64,000 nt of DNA from an uncultured delta proteobacterium. Lineage in GTDB: Bacteria; Myxococcota_A; UBA9160; UBA4427. Shown piece by piece: positions 22,268 through 33,884 of the stretch (position 1 is the stretch's first letter; the number at the start of each line of letters is the position of its first letter). The stretch is taken from positions 1-64,000 of the forward strand of contig CAWGJT010000014.1 of assembly GCA_963822965.1 (NCBI GenBank), given 5' to 3'. Made by a program: the position numbers and the translations under genes. Below the pieces are notes generated by a model, which was not told the DNA's origin, ran no database searches, and saw only the letters and a program-made list of their open reading frames with translations.

Positions 22268-22735
22268 TCAGCGGGGAACGCGTCCCTGCCGCCCGAGCCA
22301 CCACTTCATGCAGCGATGCCCGAAGTCGACCGGCTCGCAGTACATGAGCGGGCACCCTCCGACGATGCATCGGATGCCTCGGATCTCGCACTCCCGGATC
22401 GCGTCCGGCGAGACGCTGCCCTGTCCGAACGAGCGGTGGAACCAGATCCGCTCGATCCCGTGCTCGGCGCATTGGCGAACGAGGTCGGCCGAGACGTCCG
22501 GGTGCGTGGCGACGACGAGACCGTCGAGTCGCTCGGGAACGGCGCCGACGTTCGGGTAGCAGCGCACGCCCTCGACCTCGGGCGCGTTCGGATTGATGGG
22601 GAAGACCTCGTACCCGGAGTCGCGCAGCTTGCGGAAGACGGCGTTGGCGGGCTGACCCTCTTGCCGGGAGACGCCGGCGACGGCGATCCGCTTCCCGCGA
22701 AGGAACTCGGAGACGGGCTCGGGCAGCTGGGCCAT
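22268..22735 (-). CDS. CoA-binding protein (YccU-like)
   Basis: KRIAVAGVS, VFPINP, GGCPLMY. Confidence 0.88.
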   Translation of the reverse strand: MAQLPEPVSEFLRGKRIAVAGVSRQEGQPANAVFRKLRDSGYEVFPINPNAPEVEGVRCYPNVGAVPERLDGLVVATHPDVSADLVRQCAEHGIERIWFHRSFGQGSVSPDAIRECEIRGIRCIVGGCPLMYCEPVDFGHRCMKWWLGRQGRVPR

Positions 22736-22937
22736 GGGGTGCCTCCCATTCTGGCGCGTCGGCGCGAAGATACCGCGTGGCCGGGCGTGGGGAGCCGAGG
22801 GAGCGGCTGCCCCGCCTTCCAGCATGCCTGCAGGCCTGCCGTCCCGGCGGAAGGACGGGGGATGCGCGCCCGGAGGCAAAGGCCCCCGTCGGCCGGTGAC
22901 GTCAAGCGACCCTCCGATCGTCCCGATACGGGGCGTC

Positions 22938-23609
22938 ATGGACGAGGAGATCGCGCAACTCGGGCGGCGCCTGCGACGGCGGGAACGACGGCTGCTGCGC
23001 CGGCTCGAGATCGCGGTCCCCATCGCATTCGTCGCCCTGGCGCTGCTGCTCTCGGCGGGGGTGGTGGTGGTGATGGAAGATCCGCCTCCGGCCGAAGCCG
23101 CGCCGGCACGGACAGCGGGGGAGGCCATCGGGAGCGCGCCGGGATCATCCGGTCCGCGGGTGCAGGCTCCCGTGGCGACCCGTCCGGAGCTCCAGTCGAT
23201 GCTCTCGACGAGCGTCCTCGGCGACGAGATCGAGGGCGTCCCCGAGCCGGGCACTGCGGGCCCGGCCGACGACGCCCCCGCGCCTCCGGCGCAGCTCGAG
23301 GGCCCCACCGGCGACGCCGCCGGCGCGCAGCTGCGCCTCCGGCGGCAACCCACGGTAGTGCCCCAGCCCGGGACGGGCGTGCTCCTGGCGTCGGGCCTGG
23401 TGTGGATCGGCGTGATCCGACGTGGCCGCGACGCGAAGAGCGACCCCGCTACCGGGCGAAGCGATTCGACGAAGCCGAGAAGCTGCTCGACGAAGCCGAG
23501 AAGCTGCTCGACGAAGCCGAGAAGCTATTGGATGATGTCGAGGAGCTCCACGTCGAACGTGAGCGCGGCTCCCGGCGGAATCGCCGGCGGTGCACCCTTG
23601 TCGCCATAG
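22938..23609 (+). CDS. Low-complexity protein with N-terminal TM and PEP-CTERM-like C-terminal motif (VPQP)
   Basis: IAVPIAFVALALLLSAGVVVV, Pro/Ala linker, VVPQPGTGVLLASGLVWIGVIRRGR. True stop uncertain (probably ~23460). Confidence 0.55.
   Translation: MDEEIAQLGRRLRRRERRLLRRLEIAVPIAFVALALLLSAGVVVVMEDPPPAEAAPARTAGEAIGSAPGSSGPRVQAPVATRPELQSMLSTSVLGDEIEGVPEPGTAGPADDAPAPPAQLEGPTGDAAGAQLRLRRQPTVVPQPGTGVLLASGLVWIGVIRRGRDAKSDPATGRSDSTKPRSCSTKPRSCSTKPRSYWMMSRSSTSNVSAAPGGIAGGAPLSP
23466..23526. repeat. 21-bp tandem repeat TCGACGAAGCCGAGAAGCTGC x~3
   Basis: Units at 23466, 23487 and 23508. The last overlaps the FKBP stop codon. Confidence 0.9.
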
Positions 23610-24265
23610 GCGATGTCGGCGGGGCAGACCAGCTTGGCCTTGCCGCCCACCTTCATCATGCCCACGCCCTCGCTCCAGCACGGGATGACGCCCGAGAGGG
23701 GGAACTCCGCGGGCTGACCGCGCTGGACCGACGAGTCGAAGACCGTGCCGTCGCGCAGCGTGCCCGTGTAGTGCACGCGCACCTTGCTGTCGGGGGTCGG
23801 CTGCTTGCCCGAGCCTTCCTTCAGCTGGGTGATGATGAGCCCCGAGTCGGTCTGCTTGGCGCCCTTCTCCTTGCGCTGGGCGGCGAGGTAGGCGTTCGAC
23901 TTCTCGGTCTCGATGCCGAGCGCCTGCTTGGCGCGGGTCTCCTGCAGCATCTGGATCTTGGGACCGTAGACCTGCGGGTCGAGGTCCATGGCGCGGTCGT
24001 GAGCGGCGTCGACGAGGCCCTTGGCGACGATCTCCATCTCTTCGGGAGTGAGGTACAGGGGCCCGAGCTGGCGCGCGAAGCTGATGCCGATCAGGTAGAT
24101 CGCCTTGTCCTGGTCGGTCTCCACCGTCACGTCGGCAGAAGCCGATGCGGCCACCAGCACGCTGGCCAGGGTGACGACGCACGTGGTGACGGTAACGAGG
24201 CAGGCGGCGGAGCGAGCGAGGCGTCGGCGCGGGGTCGCGCGCAAGGCGATGCGACGAGAAGTCAT
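23525..24265 (-). CDS. fkpA: FKBP-type peptidyl-prolyl isomerase (FkpA/Mip family)
   Basis: Signal peptide, DQDKAIYLIG dimerisation domain, VHYTGTLRDGTVFDSS, VIPCWSEG, YGDKG, IPPGAALTFDVELL. Confidence 0.9.
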   Translation of the reverse strand: MTSRRIALRATPRRRLARSAACLVTVTTCVVTLASVLVAASASADVTVETDQDKAIYLIGISFARQLGPLYLTPEEMEIVAKGLVDAAHDRAMDLDPQVYGPKIQMLQETRAKQALGIETEKSNAYLAAQRKEKGAKQTDSGLIITQLKEGSGKQPTPDSKVRVHYTGTLRDGTVFDSSVQRGQPAEFPLSGVIPCWSEGVGMMKVGGKAKLVCPADIAYGDKGAPPAIPPGAALTFDVELLDIIQ

Positions 24266-24473
24266 TGTCTTCCTTTGGTCCGGCCGTTCCGGCCGGTTTC
24301 GGTTGCGGAGGGTCGTTGCAGATGTGGCTCCGGGAGGCTTCCCCCGAGCGCCGGATGTGCAGAGGGCGCGGATCATAGCAGCCAGGCTACGCTTGCCCCG
24401 CACCGCCGCCCGGGTGCGAGCGGCCCGGCCGCGGAGGGCGTGAGAGCGCCCTGAAGGGGCTCGGGAGGCCGGA

Positions 24474-25619
24474 TTGGTCGACGCCAGCCACGAGCGTTTC
24501 TTCCGGCAGCTGGGCGCCCTCGGTCCCGCGCTGCTGCAGGGTCTCGAGGGTCTGGAGTGGGTGCAGCGGCGTCTGCACCCGCCGGAGCTGCCCCGCTTGC
24601 GCGGCCTGCTGGCACCCCTCGTCCCGCGACTCGCCGAGGCGCGAGATGGCTTCGAGGCGGTGCCGGTGCCCGAGGGCCTCGCAGGACTCCAGCGAGATCT
24701 CGCGCAGGCGAGCGAGCTCGCCGGGCGGGCGCTCTCGCTGTTCTCCGAGGGAGACGACGACTTCGATCCCCAGGCAAGCGGCATCGCGCGGGTGCTCGCG
24801 GCCATGCACACCCACTGTCGCGCCCAGGAGGCGCTCTTCCCGCTGCGGGTCGCTCTGCCGCCCGTCAGCCGGTACTTCGTCGAGGAGCCGTTCCGCGAAG
24901 ACCTCGCGGCCCTCGATCCCGAGCCGCCGCCGGGCGTCGAGGTGGGGCTGCACCGCGGTCGCGACGCGGAGGCCGGCCGCGGTGGCTTCTCGCTCTACGT
25001 GCCGGGTGCCTACGACGGCCACTCCGAGTGGCCGCTGGTGGTGGCGTTGCACGGCGGCAGCGGGGACGGTCGCGACTTCCTGTGGACCTGGCTCCGGGAG
25101 GCGCGGGGCCGCCGCTTCCTGCTGCTCGCGCCCACCTCGCGCGGTCCCACGTGGTCGTTCAACGGCCCCGACGTGGACGCCGGCGCCCTCTCCGCCATGG
25201 TGGGTGCGGTGTGCGAGCGCTGGCGCGTGGACCGCAGCCGCATCCTGCTGACGGGCCTGTCGGACGGAGCGACGTACACGCTGATGTGTGGATTGCGCGA
25301 GGACGCGCCCTTCACCGCACTGGCGCCGGTGTCCGGCGTGCTGCATCCCGCCAACTACGCGAACGGAAACCTGGAGCACGCCCGGGGCCGCCGGATCCAC
25401 CTGGTGCACGGCGCCCTGGACTGGATGTTTCCGGTGGGCCTTGCCCGGGTGGCCGCAGAGGCGCTGGCGAAGGCGGGCGCCGACCTCGTCTACGACGAGA
25501 TCCCGGACCTCTCCCACACCTGGCCGCGAGAGGCGAACGACCGCATCCTGACCTGGTTCGACCCGTCTCTCGCGCTGCCTCGAGCGAAGGCCCGGACCGA
25601 GACGCGGACCGAGACCTAG
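24474..25619 (+). CDS. Alpha/beta hydrolase (phospholipase/carboxylesterase) with N-terminal helical extension
   Basis: [16 protein letters not shown] nucleophile elbow, [17 protein letters not shown]. Confidence 0.82.
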   Translation: MVDASHERFFRQLGALGPALLQGLEGLEWVQRRLHPPELPRLRGLLAPLVPRLAEARDGFEAVPVPEGLAGLQRDLAQASELAGRALSLFSEGDDDFDPQASGIARVLAAMHTHCRAQEALFPLRVALPPVSRYFVEEPFREDLAALDPEPPPGVEVGLHRGRDAEAGRGGFSLYVPGAYDGHSEWPLVVALHGGSGDGRDFLWTWLREARGRRFLLLAPTSRGPTWSFNGPDVDAGALSAMVGAVCERWRVDRSRILLTGLSDGATYTLMCGLREDAPFTALAPVSGVLHPANYANGNLEHARGRRIHLVHGALDWMFPVGLARVAAEALAKAGADLVYDEIPDLSHTWPREANDRILTWFDPSLALPRAKARTETRTET

Positions 25620-25686
25620 CAGAGGGAGCGCGTTGCCTCCCCCTGCGGCGGAATCTCGACCCGAGACTTCGTCCCGGGTCGCGCTC

Positions 25687-28675
<2,989 letters not shown>

Positions 28676-28792
28676 GGGGCCGGCAAGAATAGGGCACGCA
28701 CCGCGGGTCGTCCGTGCGCGCCGCGCGGCCGCCTGCTGCCAACCTGCTGTCAGGGGGCAGGGCGGGGCGTGTCGGGGCGCGCTGCCCGCGGC

Positions 28793-30441
28793 TCACTCGT
28801 CCCGGCGCACCGCCCCGTCGGGACGGTACGTGAAGACGTCCAGGTAGTAGCCGTCGGGTCGAGGGGCGCCGTCCGGCGGGACGCCCGTCTCGGGGGCGGG
28901 GTGCGATGCGCGCGCGGAACGTGAACTCGCGCGCGAAGCGGTAGTCGCGGCGGAAGTCCGGATGCGCGGCGATCTCGCGGTCGAAGGGTTGGGCGGGGGC
29001 GAGCCGCAGCGGGCCGTGACCGCGCCGGATCGGCTCCAGGTTCCAGAGAACGATCACGCCCGGGTGGCGGGAGAGCGCGTACGCGGCCGTGCCGGGACGG
29101 TCGCCGTACTCGCCGGGCAGACGGGCGATGGCGGCGTCCGAGAGACCCCACAGGTCGATCACCGGAAGCCCGCTGAAGAACGGAATCGCGCCCGCGTCGC
29201 CGACCGCCACCAGGGTGTCGGGCGGTTGCGACTCCCGCAGCCAGCGCCCGACGGCGACGTGTGCCGCTTCGAGCCCGCGCTCGTAGCGTCCCCGCACCTC
29301 GACGAGCCGCGCGTTGCCCGCGAACGCCGCCGCCATGGCGAGCGCGCCCGCCACCGCCACGCCCCGGCGGGCACGAGCGGGAACGTGCGCGAGGCCCTCG
29401 TCGGCCAGCACGAAGAGCGGGCGGCAGGGCGGGGGCCAGGAAGCGGTAGGTGCCCATGAACTCGCTGCCCGACCACACGTCGAACGCCAGCCGGAAGCCG
29501 ACGAGTGCCCAGAGGCCCGCGAGCCCGGTCCGCACCCCGGCGGCCTCGTCGGCCGTTCCCCGGGCGGGCCCGCGCAGCAGTGCCAGGGTTCCGAAGACCG
29601 CGAGGCCCCCGGCCAGCCAGGTGGCCAGCGGCGGGAAGCTGACGCCCACCCCCGCGAAGGCGGCCACGTCCCGCAGGCCCGCCTCGAGTCGGGGCCCGAG
29701 GGCGCCGGTGGCCTTGGCGACGAAGGTGTTCGGGAACGGCTGGCCGTAGTAGGCCCAGCGCCAGGCCAGCTGCCCGAGCACCGGGGGCAGCGAGGCGAGC
29801 GCGAAGCCCGCGTGCCAGCCCGCCAGGCGCCGGGGACGCCGGCATGCGGCCACGAGCACGGGCCACACGAGCAGGAGCGGCAGCGCCTCGGGCCGCGTCC
29901 ACACGGCCCCCGCCGTCAGCACGCCGAGCAGCGCACCGCTCCGCGGTGTGGGGGCCCGGACCAGGGCGCGTGCGTTCTCGATCCCCCACGCCATGAAGAG
30001 CGGGGTCTCCAGGCCGTCGCCGCAGTTCGCGACGAAGACCGGGTGTGCGGCCAGCAGCAGGACCGCGAGCCGGACGTGCGGCCTCGGGGGCGTCGCTTGG
30101 CCCGTCATCGTGGAGAGCGACGGGAACGTGAAGCAGCGCCACAGCACGAAGGCGCCGAGCGCGAGCCCGGCCGCCTTGATGGCGACCAGCGCCGCGCCCT
30201 CGGAGAGCGTCGCGAACGCAGCCGCCGAGAGCAGCATCCAGGCGAAGTTCGTGTAGCCCTCGACGTGCTCGCCGGGGTTGAAGACCGGACCGACGCCGTC
30301 CGCCAGGTTGCGCGCGTAGCGGAACGTGATGAAGGCGTCGTCGAGCCAGAAGCCGCGATGGGGCAGCCAGAGCGCCGCGAAGAGAAGAAGCCCGCCCAGC
30401 GGAACGGCCCAGGGGAGCACGCGCGCGAGGCGGTCCGGCAT
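28793..30441 (-). CDS. Polytopic GT-C-type membrane glycosyltransferase-like protein (frameshifted)
   Basis: [74 protein letters not shown]. Confidence 0.75.
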
Positions 30442-30585
30442 GCGCGGATCTTACCAGCTCGGCACCTTCGCCCGCGTCGCGCGGGCGATTCGATATGCTG
30501 GACCGACCCGGGGGCGTGGGTGGCTCGCACTTCGCGACCTGGCCTCCGAAGAACGTCGCGCGAAGAGCCGCAGAAGGGGCGAGCC

Positions 30586-31332
30586 ATGATGGATCTGAAC
30601 GGGCGGACGGCGGTGGTGACCGGAGCCAGCCGGGGACTGGGCGCGGCGCTCGCGGAGGACTTCGCGAAGCGCGGCATGCGCCTGGGACTGTGCTCGCGCA
30701 GCGCGCCGGTGCTCCCGTCGGGCGAGGACGTGGTGGCGTCGCGCGTGGACGTGCGCGACGAAGCCGCCGTCCTGGCGTTCACACGCGAAGTCGAGGACCG
30801 CTTCGGCGCGATCGACCTGTGGATCAACAACGCCGGTGTGCTCGAGCCCATCAAGCCCCTGCGCGACGTCACCCTGTCGGAGTTCCGCGACCACATCGAC
30901 GTGAACCTGGTGGGGCTCTTCCTGTGCACGCGCGCGTACGTCCACCACGTGCGGCGGCGGGGCGGCGAGGGCGTGCTCGTCAACATCTCGTCGGGGGCCG
31001 CCTGGCACGGTTATGCGGGCTGGTCGGCGTACTGCGCCGGCAAGGCGGGTGTCGACCGCCTGACCGAGTGCGTCCAGCTCGAGGAAGAGGGAACCGGGCT
31101 GCGCGCCTACGCGGTGGCGCCCGGCGTGATCGACACCGACATGCAGGCGCTGATCCGGCAGTGCTCGCCCGAGGAGTTCCCCGAGGTCGAGCGCTTTCGC
31201 GAGATGAAGCGGGACGACAGCTTCAACACGCCGGGCTTCGTGGCGCGCCACCTGCTCGCCATCGCGTTCGATCCCGCGGCGCGCCCCGCGGAGGTGACCG
31301 TCCGCCTGCCGGACGAGAAGGACGCGGAGTAG
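30586..31332 (+). CDS. Short-chain dehydrogenase/reductase (benzil/sepiapterin reductase-like)
   Basis: TGASRGLG, NNAG, YCAGK, APGVIDTDMQ. Confidence 0.9.
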   Translation: MMDLNGRTAVVTGASRGLGAALAEDFAKRGMRLGLCSRSAPVLPSGEDVVASRVDVRDEAAVLAFTREVEDRFGAIDLWINNAGVLEPIKPLRDVTLSEFRDHIDVNLVGLFLCTRAYVHHVRRRGGEGVLVNISSGAAWHGYAGWSAYCAGKAGVDRLTECVQLEEEGTGLRAYAVAPGVIDTDMQALIRQCSPEEFPEVERFREMKRDDSFNTPGFVARHLLAIAFDPAARPAEVTVRLPDEKDAE

Positions 31333-31411
31333 CGAGAAGAGGGCGAGCGCAAAGAGAGCGAGCGCGAACGAGAGAGCGGGGGCGAGGAGAGCGGGAAAAG
31401 GGGAGGGCGTC

Positions 31412-32314
31412 ATGCGAATCTTCGTCACGGGGGCGAGCGGGCTCGTGGGCTCGCAGCTGTGCGAAGCGCTCGGGGAGGCGGGCCACGAGCCGGTGGGTCT
31501 CTCCCGGCGCGCGCGCGAGTCGCAGCCCGGAAGCAAGGTGCGCTGGGTGCAGGGAGACCCGAAGCGGGAGGGTCCCTGGCTCGAGGAGGCCGTGCGGGCC
31601 GACGCCGTCTACCACCTGGCCGGCGAGTCGGTGGCCGCAGGACGCTGGACCCCGGCGCGCAAGCGCGAGCTGGCGGCGAGCCGGATCGACAGCACCCGCC
31701 TGCTGGTGGACGCGTTCGCGCGCGCCGACGAGCGGCCCCGGGTGCTCGTGTGCGCGTCGGCGTCGGGCTACTACGGCGCGCGCGGCGAAGAGGAGCTGCG
31801 CGAGGACGCGAATCCCGGCCAGGACTTCCTCGCGAAGCTCTGCATCGACTGGGAGGCCGAGGCCGAGCGCGCCGCCGGGCTCGGCGTGCGCGTCGTCTCG
31901 ATGCGCTTCGGGGTCGTCCTCTCCGAACGGGGCGGCGCACTCGCCACCATGCTGCCGGTGTTCCGGCTGGGGCTCGGCGGTCCGCTGGGGCCGTCGGACC
32001 GCTGGTTTCCCTGGGTGAGCCTCGACGACGCCGTAGGCCTCCTGGTCTGGGCGCTCGACCACGACGTCTCGGGCCCGGTGAACGCGGTGGCGCCCGAGCC
32101 CGTGCGCATGGGGACCTTCGCCCGCACCCTGGGTCGTGTGCTGCACCGGCCGGCGCTGCTGCCGGTGCCCGAGCTCGCGCTCTCCCTGCTGCTCGGCGAG
32201 ATGGGCGCCTCGCTCGTCCCCGGGCAGAAGGTGGTGCCCGGGGTCGCGACCGACGCGGGCTACCCGTTCCGCGAGCCCACCCTGGAAGGCGCCCTGCGAA
32301 GCTGCCTGTCCTGA
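31412..32314 (+). CDS. TIGR01777-family NAD-dependent epimerase-like protein (YfcH)
   Basis: TGASGLVG, HLAGESVAAGRW, ASASGYYG, GLGGPLG, GPVNAVAP. Confidence 0.92.
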   Translation: MRIFVTGASGLVGSQLCEALGEAGHEPVGLSRRARESQPGSKVRWVQGDPKREGPWLEEAVRADAVYHLAGESVAAGRWTPARKRELAASRIDSTRLLVDAFARADERPRVLVCASASGYYGARGEEELREDANPGQDFLAKLCIDWEAEAERAAGLGVRVVSMRFGVVLSERGGALATMLPVFRLGLGGPLGPSDRWFPWVSLDDAVGLLVWALDHDVSGPVNAVAPEPVRMGTFARTLGRVLHRPALLPVPELALSLLLGEMGASLVPGQKVVPGVATDAGYPFREPTLEGALRSCLS

Positions 32315-32406
32315 CGGGCTGTCCTGGGACGATCCGTCCCGGACGCGTGGTACCCTGCACGCGCGAATCGGGCTGGCCCTCGAACGCGCTCGCGAAGGGA
32401 GGTCCC

Positions 32407-33307
32407 GTGGAGCCGCGTACCGAACGCGTCGTCCTGATCCTTGCAGACATCAGCGGCTACACGCGCTTCATGCTCGCCACTCAGCAGGCGCTCGCGCACG
32501 GGCAGATGGTGATCACCACCCTGCTCGAGGAGATCATCCGCGAGGTGGAGATCCCCCTCGAGGTTGCAGGAGCTCGAGGGGGACGCGGTCTTCCTCTACG
32601 CGATCAAGCCGGCCGACGAGGCGGAATGGGAAGAGACGCGGCGTTTGATCGGCCGCAAGCTCATCGGCTTCTTCGAGGCATTCGCGCGCGGCATCCTCCT
32701 GGGCTCGGAGTTCGCGCTGTGCTCCTGCCCCTCCTGCCAGAACGTCGACCAGCTCAAGCTGAAGATCGTCGTCCACAGTGGTGAGGCGCTCTTCCACCAG
32801 GTCGGACGTTTCGCGAGCGTGTCCGGAGCGGACGTGATCCTGGCGCATCGGCTGCTCAAGAACTCGATCCAGGGCGACGAGTACGTGCTGATGACCGAGC
32901 CCGCCTACCGGGACATCGAGTTCCCGACCGAGGTGCCGGTGACCCGGGGCGAGGAGCACTACGAGGGCTTCGGCACGATCCCCACCTACGCGTACCTGAC
33001 CGACGGTGCCAGCGCGCCCAGCCCCCAGGCGGTGGAGCGCCTGTACGCGAACCGCGGCCGGGCCTTCGGCGCGGGGCTGCGCGTGTTCGCCAGGGGCTAC
33101 CTGGGTCAGTTCCCGGTCCTGCTTCGGGGGCGGCGGGCCGGAAGCCTCGGCGACGTCGAGCCGCCGCCGAGTCGCCCGCTGGTGCGCGCGGCGCTGGCGC
33201 TGCGGGCCTTCGTGCTGGCGCCGCTCCTGCTCCCGTTCGGCGTGGTCGTGCAAGCCAGCCGCGCGCTGACCCGGAGCGCGCGCTCCACCAGGCGGCGTCG
33301 GGCGTAG
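32407..33307 (+). CDS. DUF2652 (nucleotide cyclase-like fold) protein, frameshift ~32560
   Basis: LILADISGYTRF, ELEGDAVFLY, CSCPSC, LKLKIVVHSGE, GADVILAHRLLKN. Confidence 0.8.
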
Positions 33308-33536
33308 CCGTCCCCGAGCGCTCGCGACTCCGCGCTGTCGGTTTCCCGGACGCCTCCCCGTAGGAAAGTCGAGGCACGCTCGGGCGTCAGCCGGGGAAGC
33401 AGCTCGAGGGTCCCGTCCGCCGTCCCGGCACTCGGGGTCTCCCGAGATCCGAGCCGGAATCGCCTGCGATCCTGCGCATTCCGGGCTCGGACGGCGGGCG
33501 ATGGCAGGAGACGGCTCGGCGGCGGCCCCGGGATTC

Positions 33537-33578
33537 ATCAGAGAACGATCAAGTCACCATCAAGTAGCGCCCGCAAGT
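33537..33578. promoter_or_regulatory. Phased direct repeats ATCA(AGT) at 11-bp spacing, candidate regulator binding site
   Basis: ATCA at 33537, 33548 and 33559 (ATCAAGT twice), GCAAGT at 33573. AT-richer patch in a long intergenic region. Confidence 0.4.
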
Positions 33579-33857
33579 TGCGCGTAGGCTGCTCCCCGGA
33601 TGGTCGAACGACCGTCGATGACGCAGGGAGGCGCCACCGTGGCCCGTCACCGCTCTCGGTTCCTCGTCTCGCTCGTGTGGCACCCCTCGGCACCTGGCTT
33701 TGCCGCCGTGAGAGGGTTGCCCGGTGCGGGCGGCCGAGATGCGCCCGGCACGGTGGGTGTGTTAGGTGGCCCCCTACGGGGCTGCGAGGCGGCCTTCCCC
33801 GGTGCGGGCGCGAATGTTCGAGACATCCGAATCGGGTGCTTGGTCTTCCGGTTCGCG

Positions 33858-33878
33858 TGATATAACACTCTGGGAGGA
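33858..33878 (+). promoter_or_regulatory. Extended -10 promoter element and RBS of the giant operon
   Basis: TGaTATAAC at 33858-33866. GGAGGA just upstream of ATG 33885. Confidence 0.5.
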
Positions 33879-33884
33879 CGGCGC

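Noticed and set aside
9228..22735. Tailoring-enzyme run as a biosynthetic gene cluster
   Set aside because: Mixed orientations, interspersed pgm and PEP-CTERM genes, and no scaffold-forming enzyme or precursor peptide.
33680..33726. c-di-GMP-I riboswitch-like words (GGGCAACC...GCAAAGCC) on the minus strand
   Set aside because: Wrong strand for the operon, and lacks the GNRA-capped P2 stem and downstream pairing.
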